Shown here: positions 36,118-45,627 of the stretch, one piece after another
Layout of the letters: each line of letters opens with the position of its first letter
Numbering within the stretch: position 1 is the first letter of the stretch
Assembly (NCBI GenBank): GCA_965203175.1
Contig: OZ241867.1
Location: forward strand, 6,016,001 to 6,080,000
Length of the DNA stretch: 64,000 nucleotides
Reading direction: 5' to 3'
Source of the DNA: Candidatus Latescibacterota bacterium
GTDB taxonomy: Bacteria > Latescibacterota > UBA2968 > UBA8231
Program-made: the position numbers and the translations under genes
The notes under the pieces: model-generated
Told to the model about the DNA's origin: nothing
What the model saw: only the letters and a program-made list of their open reading frames with translations
Databases searched by the model: none

Positions 36118-36185
36118 TGATATATTGATGATATTATATGCCTTTTCGATGACTTTTTGGTGATTTTTGCCCAAAAAGCCATAAT
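36118..36185 (+). promoter_or_regulatory. Five helically phased TG(A)-T-rich direct repeats plus candidate -10 (CATAAT) upstream of the HK-RR fusion
   Basis: TGATATATTGA 36118, TGATATTATA 36129, TGCCTTTTCGA 36139, TGACTTTTTGG 36150, TGATTTTTGCC 36161; CATAAT 36180. Confidence 0.55.
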
Positions 36186-36276
36186 AGACCTTGGCTGGGC
36201 CTACCGCGTCCCAAATCCTGTTGTATCATCCAGTCGACGCCCGCGATCCTATATCCCATACCCCTGAGGTGATGAG

Positions 36277-38664
36277 TTGAAAGACGTCGACGAGCGAGAC
36301 CAACAGATAGAGGCGCTGCGCAACCGCCTCTCCAAGCTGAGCGAGGCCAGCCTCCGCATCAACGAAAGCCTCGACCTAGACACAGTATTGCAGGAGATCC
36401 TCGACAGCGCCCGGTCGCTGACCGACGCCCGGTACGGCGTGATCGCTATCTTTGACGATGCAGGGCAGGTGGAGGACTTCTTGGCCTCCGGCCTGACGGC
36501 CGATGAGACCCAGCAGTTACGGGAGGCGACCAAAGAGATGACGTTATGCAAAATTTCGGGACCATGGAGAGTCCGGGACTTTGCCAGCTACACCAGAGTG
36601 CTGGGCATTCCCGAGTTCCGCCTGCCTACGGAGATGAATTCCTTCCTGGTAGCCCCGATTCGCCACCAGGGCGTGGGCGTGGGCAACATTTATCTGGCAA
36701 AGAGGGAACCCGGCCAGGAGTTCACCCGCGAAGACGAGGAAACCTTGGTCATGTTCGCGTCTCAGGCGGCGCTGGTCATAGCCAACGCCCGCAGGTACCG
36801 CGACGAGCAGCGGGCCAGAGCCGACCTCGAAACCCTGATCAATACCTCGCCGGTGGGCGTGGTGGTCTTCGACGCTCGGACCGGCGTGCCGGTGTCCTTC
36901 AATCGGGAGTCCAGAAGGATTATGGGAGAGCTCCAGACACCGGGATCCTCTGTGGAGCAGCTCCTCACCGTACTCACCTTCCGGCGTGCCGATGGGCGCG
37001 AGATCGCTCTGGATGAGTGTTCCCTCGCGCAGGCGTTGAGCGCCGGCGAGACCATCCGCGCCGAGGAGATCGTCGTACAGACCCCCGACGGCCGGTCGGT
37101 GACCACGGTGGTAAACGCCACGCCCATCCGTTCGCAGGACGGCGAGATCGAGTCGGTCGTCGTCACGCTACAGGACACGACACCGCTGGGGGAGTTGGGA
37201 CGGCTGCGGGCCGATCTCCTAGGTACGGTGAGCCACGAACTGCGCGTTCCGCTGACCTCCATTAGAGGTTCCGCCACCGCCCTATTGGACACCTCATCCG
37301 ACCTAGACCCCGCCGAACTGCACCAGTTCCTCCATATTATCGTCAATCAGGTTGACCACATGCGTGAGTTGATCGGCGACCTGCTCGACGTGGCGCGCAT
37401 CGAGACGGGCACGCTGCCAGTTAGTCCCGAACCAGCCGAGGTCGCCACCCTGGTGGACCGGGCTAGGAACACCTTCCTAAGCGGCAGTGGAAGGCACAAC
37501 CTCGACCTCGATCTCGCGCCGGACTTGCCCCTGGTCATGGCGGATCGACAGCGCATCGTCCAAGTCCTAGGCAACCTCCTATCCAACGCAGCAAGGCACT
37601 CGTTAGAGTCGTCTGTCATCCGGGTGACCGCCGCGCGGGAAGACCTGCACGTGGCGGTCTCCGTCGCCGACGAAGGCACTGGGATCCCCGCCGAGCGGTT
37701 GCCGTACCTGTTCAGACAGTTCTCCCGCACCGACGACGAGGACAGGGCACGCGAAACCGGCGGTTCGGGTCTCGGCCTTGCCATCTGCAAGGGGATCGTG
37801 GAGGCGCACGGTGGCCGCATCTGGGCTGCAAGCGACGGCCAAGGCCAAGGGGCGCAATTCACCTTTACCATACCAGTGGCCGAAGATGCCGAAACCAGCT
37901 CAACGGCTCAGTCTCCTCGGCTCGCCGCTCGCTCGCAGCAGGAGGAGAGAGGCAGTGAGCGCATCCTGGTGGTGGACGACGATCCGCAGGCATTGAAGTA
38001 CATCCGGGACGCACTCTCGGGGGCGGGCTTCACGCCGATAGTGACCGCTGACTCCAAGGAAGCGCTCCTCCTCACAGCGGAGAAAAAGCCCCATCTGGTC
38101 TTGCTCGACCTGGTGCTGCCCGACTCCGACGGCATCGACCTGATGAAGGACATCCTCCGCATGGCCGACGTGCCGATTATCTTCGTCTCTGGATACGGCA
38201 GGGACCAAGTTATCGCACAGGCCTTTGAGAAGGGAGCTTCCGACTACATCGTCAAGCCCTTCTCACCGACGGAACTGGTGGCGAGGGTTAGGGCAGCCCT
38301 GCGCAGGCAGGCAGATCCGTACCGGGCCGAGCCGTCGGAACCCTACGTGCTGGGCGACCTGACCATTGACTACGCCGAACGCCGCGTGACGGTGGCCGGC
38401 CAGCCGGTACAGTTGACCGCCACCGAGTACGAACTGCTCTTTGAGCTATCGGTCAACGGCGGACGGGTGTTGACCCATGACCAGTTGTTGCGAGGGGTAT
38501 GGGGCCTGACCAACTCCGGCGATGTGCGAGTGATCCGCTCCCTCGTCAGGAGACTCCGCCGCAAGCTGGACGATGACGCGAGCAACCCCACGTACATCTT
38601 TGCTGAGCCTCGCGTCGGCTACCGAATGCCGAAGGGACAGGAACCGAGAGAAGGGACGGAGTGA
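36277..38664 (+). CDS. Cytoplasmic hybrid regulator: GAF-PAS-HisKA-HATPase-REC-OmpR winged helix in one polypeptide
   Basis: No TM segments. GAF (FTREDEETL..FASQAA), PAS (TSPVGVVVFD), H box SHELRVPLTSI, GNLLSNA, GSGLGL, REC VVDDD..LLDLVLPD, wHTH LTATEYELL..RLRRKL..PRVGYR. Confidence 0.92.
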   Translation: MKDVDERDQQIEALRNRLSKLSEASLRINESLDLDTVLQEILDSARSLTDARYGVIAIFDDAGQVEDFLASGLTADETQQLREATKEMTLCKISGPWRVRDFASYTRVLGIPEFRLPTEMNSFLVAPIRHQGVGVGNIYLAKREPGQEFTREDEETLVMFASQAALVIANARRYRDEQRARADLETLINTSPVGVVVFDARTGVPVSFNRESRRIMGELQTPGSSVEQLLTVLTFRRADGREIALDECSLAQALSAGETIRAEEIVVQTPDGRSVTTVVNATPIRSQDGEIESVVVTLQDTTPLGELGRLRADLLGTVSHELRVPLTSIRGSATALLDTSSDLDPAELHQFLHIIVNQVDHMRELIGDLLDVARIETGTLPVSPEPAEVATLVDRARNTFLSGSGRHNLDLDLAPDLPLVMADRQRIVQVLGNLLSNAARHSLESSVIRVTAAREDLHVAVSVADEGTGIPAERLPYLFRQFSRTDDEDRARETGGSGLGLAICKGIVEAHGGRIWAASDGQGQGAQFTFTIPVAEDAETSSTAQSPRLAARSQQEERGSERILVVDDDPQALKYIRDALSGAGFTPIVTADSKEALLLTAEKKPHLVLLDLVLPDSDGIDLMKDILRMADVPIIFVSGYGRDQVIAQAFEKGASDYIVKPFSPTELVARVRAALRRQADPYRAEPSEPYVLGDLTIDYAERRVTVAGQPVQLTATEYELLFELSVNGGRVLTHDQLLRGVWGLTNSGDVRVIRSLVRRLRRKLDDDASNPTYIFAEPRVGYRMPKGQEPREGTE

Positions 38665-38838
38665 CTGTGGCACACGTAGGAAGGGCTGTCGTCGCTAGGA
38701 GCCGGTCAAAAAACAAGGCGTGCGGCAAGGTGCAGCCATCGACTACGCCATGGTTGATTTGCCAGATTCGCTCGCGTTGTGTATCTACGGCATGGGTAAG
38801 ACGCCATGTGCGAATAGACTTGAAGTGAAGATTGGAAC

Positions 38839-39171
38839 ATGTCCGAATATCAAGAAGCTAAGGTAGTAATCGTCTCCATCTTGGAACTTTCAAAAGACTC
38901 AATCCATATGCACGTAGGATTGATCGTGTTCTTTTTGGCTGTAGTCCTGTGGAAAAAAGGTTCAATTGAAGCGCGATGTTTGATCCCTGTTGTAATTACA
39001 GCGTCCTTGATGGAAATCCTCGATCTAAGATATGATTATATCTCTCTCGGTTACTTTCGCCTGAAGGCAATAACTGCAAGCATACACGATTTAATCAATA
39101 CTACGTTTTGGCCGGTGGTCATCGTGGTACTTGCTCGGATGGGCAAATTGAATAATGAGCGGAACGCATAA
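38839..39171 (+). CDS. Hypothetical small membrane protein (AT-rich)
   Basis: 110 aa with three hydrophobic segments and conserved-looking HxH, ExxD and DxxNT..WP; AT-rich relative to flanks. Confidence 0.7.
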   Translation: MSEYQEAKVVIVSILELSKDSIHMHVGLIVFFLAVVLWKKGSIEARCLIPVVITASLMEILDLRYDYISLGYFRLKAITASIHDLINTTFWPVVIVVLARMGKLNNERNA

Positions 39172-39195
39172 TTGTCTAAAGCTCTCCTATAGGTA

Positions 39196-39234
39196 CAAAA
39201 AAGGGGGAAGGGCCTCGCGCCCTTCCCCTTTTTG
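39196..39234. terminator. Bidirectional intrinsic terminator
   Basis: AAAAAAGGGGGAAGGGC-CTCGC-GCCCTTCCCCTTTTT between convergent genes. Confidence 0.85.
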
Positions 39235-39249
39235 CGCGTCTAGATCAGG

Positions 39250-39711
39250 CTAGCCAGCCTTGACTTCGACCTGGCGGACGACCTTTTTCGCCTCCTCCTT
39301 CTTGGGCAGGTGGAGGGAGAGGACGCCGTTTTTGAACTTGGCTTCGATGGCGTCGTCCTGCACGCCATCGGGGAGATGGAAGGCGCGCTCAAAGCGACCG
39401 TAGATGCGCTCCTGGCGGAAGAACTTACCTTCCTTTTCCTCGCTAGCCCCGCTCTTTTCACCCCGCAGCACGAGCGTTCCGTCGTCGACGGAGACCTCGA
39501 TGTCCTTCTCCTCCAACCCCGGCAGCTCAGCCGAGATTTCGTAGGAAGCGTCGTCTTCCTTGACGTCGATGCGCGGGCTGAAAGCCGCGTTGCCAGTCAA
39601 AACGGGCAGACGCGAGTCCTCCCCAAAGAAGGCATCGAAGAGGTTGTCGAACGAGTTGCGCCACGGGCGATTGCTGACGCGGACGCTGGGTAGTAAAGTT
39701 CTGACGGCCAT
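39250..39711 (-). CDS. Small heat shock protein (Hsp20/alpha-crystallin)
   Basis: PRIDVKE, AELPG, ERIYGRFERAFHLP, AKFKNGVL. AAGGAG RBS before ATG 39711. Confidence 0.95.
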   Translation of the reverse strand: MAVRTLLPSVRVSNRPWRNSFDNLFDAFFGEDSRLPVLTGNAAFSPRIDVKEDDASYEISAELPGLEEKDIEVSVDDGTLVLRGEKSGASEEKEGKFFRQERIYGRFERAFHLPDGVQDDAIEAKFKNGVLSLHLPKKEEAKKVVRQVEVKAG

Positions 39712-39764
39712 GATTTTCTCCTTGTTAAGTGATTGTTGGTTCCTATGGCCTTCGCCCATTGTAT

Positions 39765-39780
39765 TGCAAAAGCCGTGCCA
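39765..39780 (-). promoter_or_regulatory. Sigma54 (-24/-12) promoter of hsp20
   Basis: Minus strand TGGCACGGCTTTTGCA matches TGGCAC-N5-TTGCA exactly, 54 bp upstream of the start. Confidence 0.8.
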
Positions 39781-39982
39781 ACATTTTAAAATTTTACATA
39801 TCTCGTTGTTACCAATAGATTTAAGAATTTTTCGCCTAAAAGGGGTATTGTCCGTATTGTCAGCACAGCCTGGAAAAATTGGCAGGCGTCATGCGAAATT
39901 GTCCGAAGTCTGTGCCGTTATTGCACTATGTCTCTGTGGACGTCCTATATTCGTTAGTTCGCAACCATCGAAAGGAACCATT

Positions 39983-41332
39983 GTGATCGACTGGGAAGCT
40001 GTGCGCGCCGAAGTAACCGGGCATTTGCAGGCCCTCATCCGCATCGACACCACCAACCCCCCCGGCAACGAAAGCAAAGCCGCGCGCTATCTAGCAGGAA
40101 TATTGCGGCAGGAGGGCTTTGATCCCCTCTTCGTCGAGTCCGCGCCCGCGCGAGGCAACGTCCTCGCGCGGCTGTCCGGCGGCGACGAACCACCGCTCAT
40201 GCTATTGGGACATACCGACGTGGTGGCCGCCGAACCTGAGCACTGGACCCACCCGCCCTTTTCTGGCGCACTAGCCGACGGCTGCGTGTGGGGGCGGGGC
40301 GCTTTAGATATGAAGAACATGGTCGCGGTGAATCTGATGGTGTTGCTCCTGTTGCAACGGGAAGGCGTCCAACTCAACCGCGACATCGTCTTCGCCGCCA
40401 CCGCCGACGAGGAGGCCGGCAAGGGCAATCACGGGCCGGGGTGGATCATCGACAATCGACCGGAACTGTGGGACGCGCCCTTGATCATCACCGAGGGCGG
40501 CGGCAGCGACTTCGCAGTCGGCGAGCAGCGGTTTTACACCTGCCAGACCGGGCAAAAGGGGCTGTGCCGGCTGCGCCTGATCGCCCGCGGCGCGCCCGGA
40601 CACGGCTCCATGCCGCACGGCGACAGCGCAATCGTCAAGCTGTCCAAAGCCCTAGCCGGCTTGGAAGGAGCCGTGTTTCCCGCGCACATATCCGCGAGCG
40701 TGCGCCGCTTTGTCGAGGGAATTGCCAGCCGCCGTCCAGCCGCCGAGGCCGCCCTGTGGCAACAAGTACTCGATCCGGCGACCTCGAATGCCGCACTGCG
40801 CGAACTCCCCATTGGCAGCACCTTGCGCCGCGAGTTGGGCGCAGTGCTGCACAACACGGCCTCGGCGACCATGGTGCAGGCTGGTTCCAAGATCAACGTG
40901 ATTCCGGGAGAGGCAACTGCTTGGATCGATGGGCGCTTAGTGCCCGGACAGACAGCAGAGAGTTTCGCGGCCGAGTTGCGTACATTTGTCGGCGAAGAGG
41001 TCGCCATCGAGATCGATCAGTACACGCCGCCCTTGGAAGCATCGTCCGATACCCCGCTTTTTCAGACAATCGTCGAGGTGATGCAGAAACGCGAGCCAGA
41101 CGCGCCAGTGCTCCCGTATCTGATGCCAGCCGGCACCGACGCCAAGCACATTGTGCCGCGCCGCCCCGAAACCCAGATCTACGGCTTTATGCCCTATCGC
41201 CAGCAGCCAGGCGAGGAAGAAATGTCCCTGATCCACGGCCACGACGAGCGCATCTCCGTGGCAGAACTGCTCTTTGCAACGCAGGTGCTCTACGAAATCG
41301 TCTGCCGCTTTGGAGGAGTAGAGAACCGCTAG
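39983..41332 (+). CDS. M20/M25/M40 family metallopeptidase/deacylase
   Basis: GTG start after AAAGGA. TTNPPGNE, GHTDVV, GRGALDMK, ADEEAG, TEGG, GTDAK, IHGHDERI. Confidence 0.93.
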   Translation: MIDWEAVRAEVTGHLQALIRIDTTNPPGNESKAARYLAGILRQEGFDPLFVESAPARGNVLARLSGGDEPPLMLLGHTDVVAAEPEHWTHPPFSGALADGCVWGRGALDMKNMVAVNLMVLLLLQREGVQLNRDIVFAATADEEAGKGNHGPGWIIDNRPELWDAPLIITEGGGSDFAVGEQRFYTCQTGQKGLCRLRLIARGAPGHGSMPHGDSAIVKLSKALAGLEGAVFPAHISASVRRFVEGIASRRPAAEAALWQQVLDPATSNAALRELPIGSTLRRELGAVLHNTASATMVQAGSKINVIPGEATAWIDGRLVPGQTAESFAAELRTFVGEEVAIEIDQYTPPLEASSDTPLFQTIVEVMQKREPDAPVLPYLMPAGTDAKHIVPRRPETQIYGFMPYRQQPGEEEMSLIHGHDERISVAELLFATQVLYEIVCRFGGVENR

Positions 41333-41829
41333 CTCGAATCGACGACAGCGACGCCATCGTCGATTTCGAGGACCAAAACCTTATCGCCGGGGTTGAGAGG
41401 ACCTTGAGCATCGGCCCGGCGCGCCAACAGTTCGATGGTGCGGCCTTGGACGGTAGCGGAAATTTTGCCGGTGCTGCCCGTAGCGATGGGAACGGTGACT
41501 TCGGCTTCTAGGCCGATCAAGTCGTCGCCTGCCAGCGAACTATCGGCGCTGGAGGTACTCAGCCGACTCAGCATCCAGTCGCCCAAAAAGGCGCAGACCA
41601 CACCACTACCCAGCGCCGTAAACAACGCAGCACTTGGGCCCATCAGCAGGCTGCCAAGCATCCCGGCCAAACCAAAGAAGAAGGCAAAAAAGAAGAACAG
41701 CCGCAGCCGCAAAACAGCCAGCGCCCGCAGGCCGTCGCCCACACCATCGCCGTCCCCCCCAAACAGCGAGGCACCAACGGCGATCCCCCCAACGATCAGC
41801 CCGCTCAAGTACAGATAAAAGAGATCCAC
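41329..41829 (-). CDS. NfeD-like (OB-fold) membrane protein
   Basis: Three TM segments then LIGLEAEVTVPI..GKI...G..VLVLEI. GTG start at 41829 directly after flotillin. Confidence 0.8.
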   Translation of the reverse strand: MDLFYLYLSGLIVGGIAVGASLFGGDGDGVGDGLRALAVLRLRLFFFFAFFFGLAGMLGSLLMGPSAALFTALGSGVVCAFLGDWMLSRLSTSSADSSLAGDDLIGLEAEVTVPIATGSTGKISATVQGRTIELLARRADAQGPLNPGDKVLVLEIDDGVAVVDSS

Positions 41830-41830
41830 G

Positions 41831-43108
41831 CTACCCTGCCTGCGGCGGAACCTGCCCGTCGGTCTTGTCGGCGATGACCGAGGCCAGATCGACGCCGGTG
41901 GTGGCCTTGATGCTCTCGAATAGCGCAGGAGCCAGCGTCCCGATCTGGTTGACGACCGCCGGCAGACCGCTCTGACCGCCGTTGCCGGAATCGACGACCG
42001 CGAGGTGGTCAATTTTGATGTCCTTAGCCATGGCGGTGATTTGCTCGACCAAGCTCGGCAGCATCTGGATCAACAACAGTTCCTTACCATTGGGGCCAGC
42101 GATGGTCCAGACCTCGTTTTTCTGCTTGAGCACCTCGATTTCGGCGAGGCCGTTTTCGAGGATGTTGGCCGCCTCGCCCTTGGCGCGCAGTTCAGCCGCG
42201 TCGCGGTCGGCGCGGGCTGGCTCAATGACCTCGATCTCTAGCTGGCGCCGCTGCAGCGCCAAGCGCTCCTGCTCGACCTCCTGCTCGGCCTGAACTTCGG
42301 CTTTGCGGGCAACTTGCGCGGCGCGTTTCTCCGCGGCCAAGCCCTCGCCTTCTAAATCGGCCTTGCGAACTCGGAGCGTGTTTTGCGCATCGACGATCTC
42401 CACCTGCGCCTCGGCGTCGGCGACCTCACCGCGACGGCGCGCCTCGGCGGATTTCTCCTGTGATTCAGCGCGGTTTTCAGCCTCGGCGATTTCGGCTTCC
42501 TTGAGGACCGCAGCCGTGCTCTTGCGGCCAATAGCGTCGAGATAGCCAACATCGTCGGAGACGTTCTGGATTTTGAGCGTGTCGAGCACAAGGCCCAGCT
42601 TCTGCAAATCGACATCCGCCTCACCGATGAGCGATTGGGCAAATTTGAGGCGATCCTCGTTGACCTCTTCGGGGGTCAGCGTGGCGAGGACGCCGCGCAG
42701 GTTGCCTTCGAGCGTATCCTTGGCAATGTCTTGGATTTCAGGGAGCGCGATGCCCAAGAAGCGCTCTAGCGCGTTGCCGAGCAGCGGCTCGTCACCGGCG
42801 ATCTTGATATTGGCGATGCCTTGCACCGACAGCGGGATGCCGCCTTTGGAGTACGCGTTGTTGATCGATACTTCGAGGGGAATCGTGCGCAAGTCGAGGC
42901 GGTCGACCTTTTCGAGGAGCGGGATGCGAAAGGCGCGGCCCCCTTTAATCACGCGGTAGCCCACCGCGCGACCGTCGGAGGTCTGGCGTTTGCGGCCCGA
43001 GAAGATGATGACTTCGTTGGGCTGGCAAATAAAGAGATTCAGCCGGACGACGGAGATCACCACGATCAGCAATACCGCGAAAACTATAGCGAAAGTCAGG
43101 AATTCCAT
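41831..43108 (-). CDS. Flotillin (SPFH domain) family protein
   Basis: N-terminal TM, PNEVIIFSG, LEGNLRGVLATLTPEEVN, AEA-rich coiled coil. Confidence 0.92.
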   Translation of the reverse strand: MEFLTFAIVFAVLLIVVISVVRLNLFICQPNEVIIFSGRKRQTSDGRAVGYRVIKGGRAFRIPLLEKVDRLDLRTIPLEVSINNAYSKGGIPLSVQGIANIKIAGDEPLLGNALERFLGIALPEIQDIAKDTLEGNLRGVLATLTPEEVNEDRLKFAQSLIGEADVDLQKLGLVLDTLKIQNVSDDVGYLDAIGRKSTAAVLKEAEIAEAENRAESQEKSAEARRRGEVADAEAQVEIVDAQNTLRVRKADLEGEGLAAEKRAAQVARKAEVQAEQEVEQERLALQRRQLEIEVIEPARADRDAAELRAKGEAANILENGLAEIEVLKQKNEVWTIAGPNGKELLLIQMLPSLVEQITAMAKDIKIDHLAVVDSGNGGQSGLPAVVNQIGTLAPALFESIKATTGVDLASVIADKTDGQVPPQAG

Positions 43109-43183
43109 ATATCACCTCCTGAGGCGTTTGCGGCGTAATATACGGAAAGAAACCGCTAAACCCTACGAAGTTTCCTCGACGAT

Positions 43184-44644
43184 TCAATACGCGCCCTTAA
43201 TCCGCCCAAACCACCCGCGCAACGGGTCGCCCAATTCCTCCATGTAGCGGCCCATCCGCCCTACCAGGTCTTGGCGCACGGCCTCGTACGCCGGATCGCC
43301 ATACACATTGTTGAGCTGATAGGGATCGCGTTGCAAGTCGTACAACTCGCCCGGATCGCCCGAATTAAAAGTGAACTGATGAGTGCGGGTGCGGACCATG
43401 CGCTGGTTGGCGACCGTAAAATGGCGGTCGAACACGCAGTACACTTCCTCGCGCCCGTTGGCAAACGGGCGTCCCTCCATAGCCGGGAGAAAGGACCGCC
43501 CATCGAGGTCGGCGGGAACTTCAAGACCAGCGGCATCGAGCGACGAGAGCATGATTTCGTGCAAATAGACGAACTCGTCGCAGGCCGTGCCGGGAGCCTG
43601 ACAATCGGGATGGGCAATGACGAGCGGGATGCGGTAGATCTCGTCGTACATGAACTCGCCCTTCTCGATCAGCTTGTGCGCGCCGAGGCAGTCGCCGTGA
43701 TCCGAGGTATAGACGATGATGGTATCGTCGAGGACGCCCAATTGTTCCAAGTGAGCCACCACCCGACCCACCATGTCGTCGATGAGCGTGCAATGCCCAA
43801 AGTAGCGCGCGGCGATTTCCTGAAACCCCTCCCAGCCGTAGTCCCCCAACCCCCACAGCTTCTCGATTAATTGCTGGCGATAGGGTTTTTTCTCAAACGT
43901 CTCGGCGTACCCGGGATGTTCGGGAATGGCCTTTGGATCGTACATGGAGAAGTACGGCTCCGGCACCAGCGACGGACTGTGCGGCCCCCAAAAGTTGGCC
44001 CAGAGAAAGAAGGGCTCCTCACCAGTAGCCACTTCGTCGAGCACGCGCATGGCTTCCTCGGCGACGAAATACTCAATGCACGACTCGACCGGCCCCTCGT
44101 GCAATGCGAACATCTCCTGCGCCTGATTCGAGGGATTGGTGCCGACAAAGCGGTGCGACACCGTCGGCGGCGGGTCGAAGCCGCGCTCTTTGAGATAGTC
44201 GGCGTAATGATTGTGGCTGCGAAGTTTTCCGCCGAATTGCAGACCGGGCAGCAGATCACCCCCGGGGAAAGAATAGCCCAGGAAATCCTTGCCGGTGAAC
44301 CCATAACCGGACGGACCGGTCTGCTCATCCACGTGCCACTTGCCGGCGTACCCGCAGCGATAGCCAACATCGGCCAAATAGTGATTTAACCCGCGCACGC
44401 CCTCGCGCAGACACAGGCCATTGGCCGTAACCCCGTGCTTGTGCGGATAGAGACCCGTGTAAAAGGAAGCGCGGGCCGGCGAGCAGATCGCAGTCGGCGT
44501 AAACGCCGAATCAAAGCGCACGCCGCGCGCCGCCAACGCGTCGATGTGCGGTGTCCGGCACACCTCGTTCAGTCCGTAGCAACTCACCGTGTCGAGCCGC
44601 TGCTGGTCGGACATCAAGACGACGACATTAGGTTGCTTAGCCAT
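43184..44644 (-). CDS. Cys-type sulfatase-like hydrolase
   Basis: PNVVVLMSDQ, CSPARAS (CxPxR), GKWH, GPH, SDHG, EKG. Confidence 0.93.
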   Translation of the reverse strand: MAKQPNVVVLMSDQQRLDTVSCYGLNEVCRTPHIDALAARGVRFDSAFTPTAICSPARASFYTGLYPHKHGVTANGLCLREGVRGLNHYLADVGYRCGYAGKWHVDEQTGPSGYGFTGKDFLGYSFPGGDLLPGLQFGGKLRSHNHYADYLKERGFDPPPTVSHRFVGTNPSNQAQEMFALHEGPVESCIEYFVAEEAMRVLDEVATGEEPFFLWANFWGPHSPSLVPEPYFSMYDPKAIPEHPGYAETFEKKPYRQQLIEKLWGLGDYGWEGFQEIAARYFGHCTLIDDMVGRVVAHLEQLGVLDDTIIVYTSDHGDCLGAHKLIEKGEFMYDEIYRIPLVIAHPDCQAPGTACDEFVYLHEIMLSSLDAAGLEVPADLDGRSFLPAMEGRPFANGREEVYCVFDRHFTVANQRMVRTRTHQFTFNSGDPGELYDLQRDPYQLNNVYGDPAYEAVRQDLVGRMGRYMEELGDPLRGWFGRIKGAY

Positions 44645-45613
44645 TTAGCGCTCCTCGCTCCGCAAATCCAGCCACGCCATCTCCGCCTCAGAGAGCGGAT
44701 TGTCGAGAGCCTGCGCGTTGGCCGCGATCTCATCGCCGCTCATGCTGCCGACCAAGGCGTAGATGTCGAGCGGATAGCTGAGCACGTACGACAAGGCGAT
44801 CTGCGGCACCGACAGCCCCTTTTCTTCAGCCAGTGCCCACGCGCGGTCGAGCCGTTTGAAGTTGTCTTCGCAGTAGTACGATTTGGGCATGGAGCCATCG
44901 AACTGGTCGCGCATTTCCTCGGCGTTGGCGCGGGTAATTTTGCCCGAGAAAAAGCCGCGGGCCACGCTCGACCAAGTAAAGAGCGGCATGTCGTGCTCGG
45001 CGTACCAAGCGCGGGCGGCAGCTTGGCTGGGACCCGCAATCGACAAGCAATCCTTCCACGGCTCGGCAATCTGATCCGCCAAGCTGAAGTTCGGACTGGA
45101 GGCCGCAAAAGGCACGAGCCCGCGTTGGTCCGCGTATTCATTGGCCTCGGCCAAGCGCTCCGGCGTCCAATTCGAGCCACCAAAAGCGTGGATGCGACCA
45201 GCCGCGTGATGTTCGTTAAGAGCCTCGACAATCGGCCCGACCGGAACTGCCGGATCGTCGCGGTGCAACAAGTAGAGGTCGATGTAGTCGGAGCGCAGGC
45301 GCACTAGCGAGTCAGCCATGTCCGAGGCGATGTCGTACGGAGTGACGCGGTTGCGGTCCTGATTGAGATGGGCACCCTTGCCAATGATGACGATTTCATC
45401 GCGGTTGCCCCTTTCTTCCATCCACAGTCCGAGCATGCGATCCACTTCGCCGCCGCCGTAGCCGTGAGCCGAGTCATACGTAGTGATACCGGCCTGCCAA
45501 GCCGCGTCGAGCAAAACAAAGCCTTCTTCCTTGCGGCTGCGATTGAGCATAATCGAACCTTGAACTATGCGCGAAATCTTTTTTTCAATGCCTTGTACGT
45601 TGCCGTATTGCAC
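44645..45613 (-). CDS. Aldo/keto reductase
   Basis: GTG 45613 after AAAGGA. DSAHGYG, GKG, DYIDLYLLHRDD, GGSNW, QIALSYVL. Confidence 0.9.
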   Translation of the reverse strand: MQYGNVQGIEKKISRIVQGSIMLNRSRKEEGFVLLDAAWQAGITTYDSAHGYGGGEVDRMLGLWMEERGNRDEIVIIGKGAHLNQDRNRVTPYDIASDMADSLVRLRSDYIDLYLLHRDDPAVPVGPIVEALNEHHAAGRIHAFGGSNWTPERLAEANEYADQRGLVPFAASSPNFSLADQIAEPWKDCLSIAGPSQAAARAWYAEHDMPLFTWSSVARGFFSGKITRANAEEMRDQFDGSMPKSYYCEDNFKRLDRAWALAEEKGLSVPQIALSYVLSYPLDIYALVGSMSGDEIAANAQALDNPLSEAEMAWLDLRSEER

Positions 45614-45627
45614 GAGTACGTTCCTTT

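Noticed and set aside
39560-39982. N-terminal 141 aa of the 590-aa ORF-track call
   Set aside because: It overlaps hsp20 antisense and its promoter; M20 homology and an RBS begin at GTG 39983.
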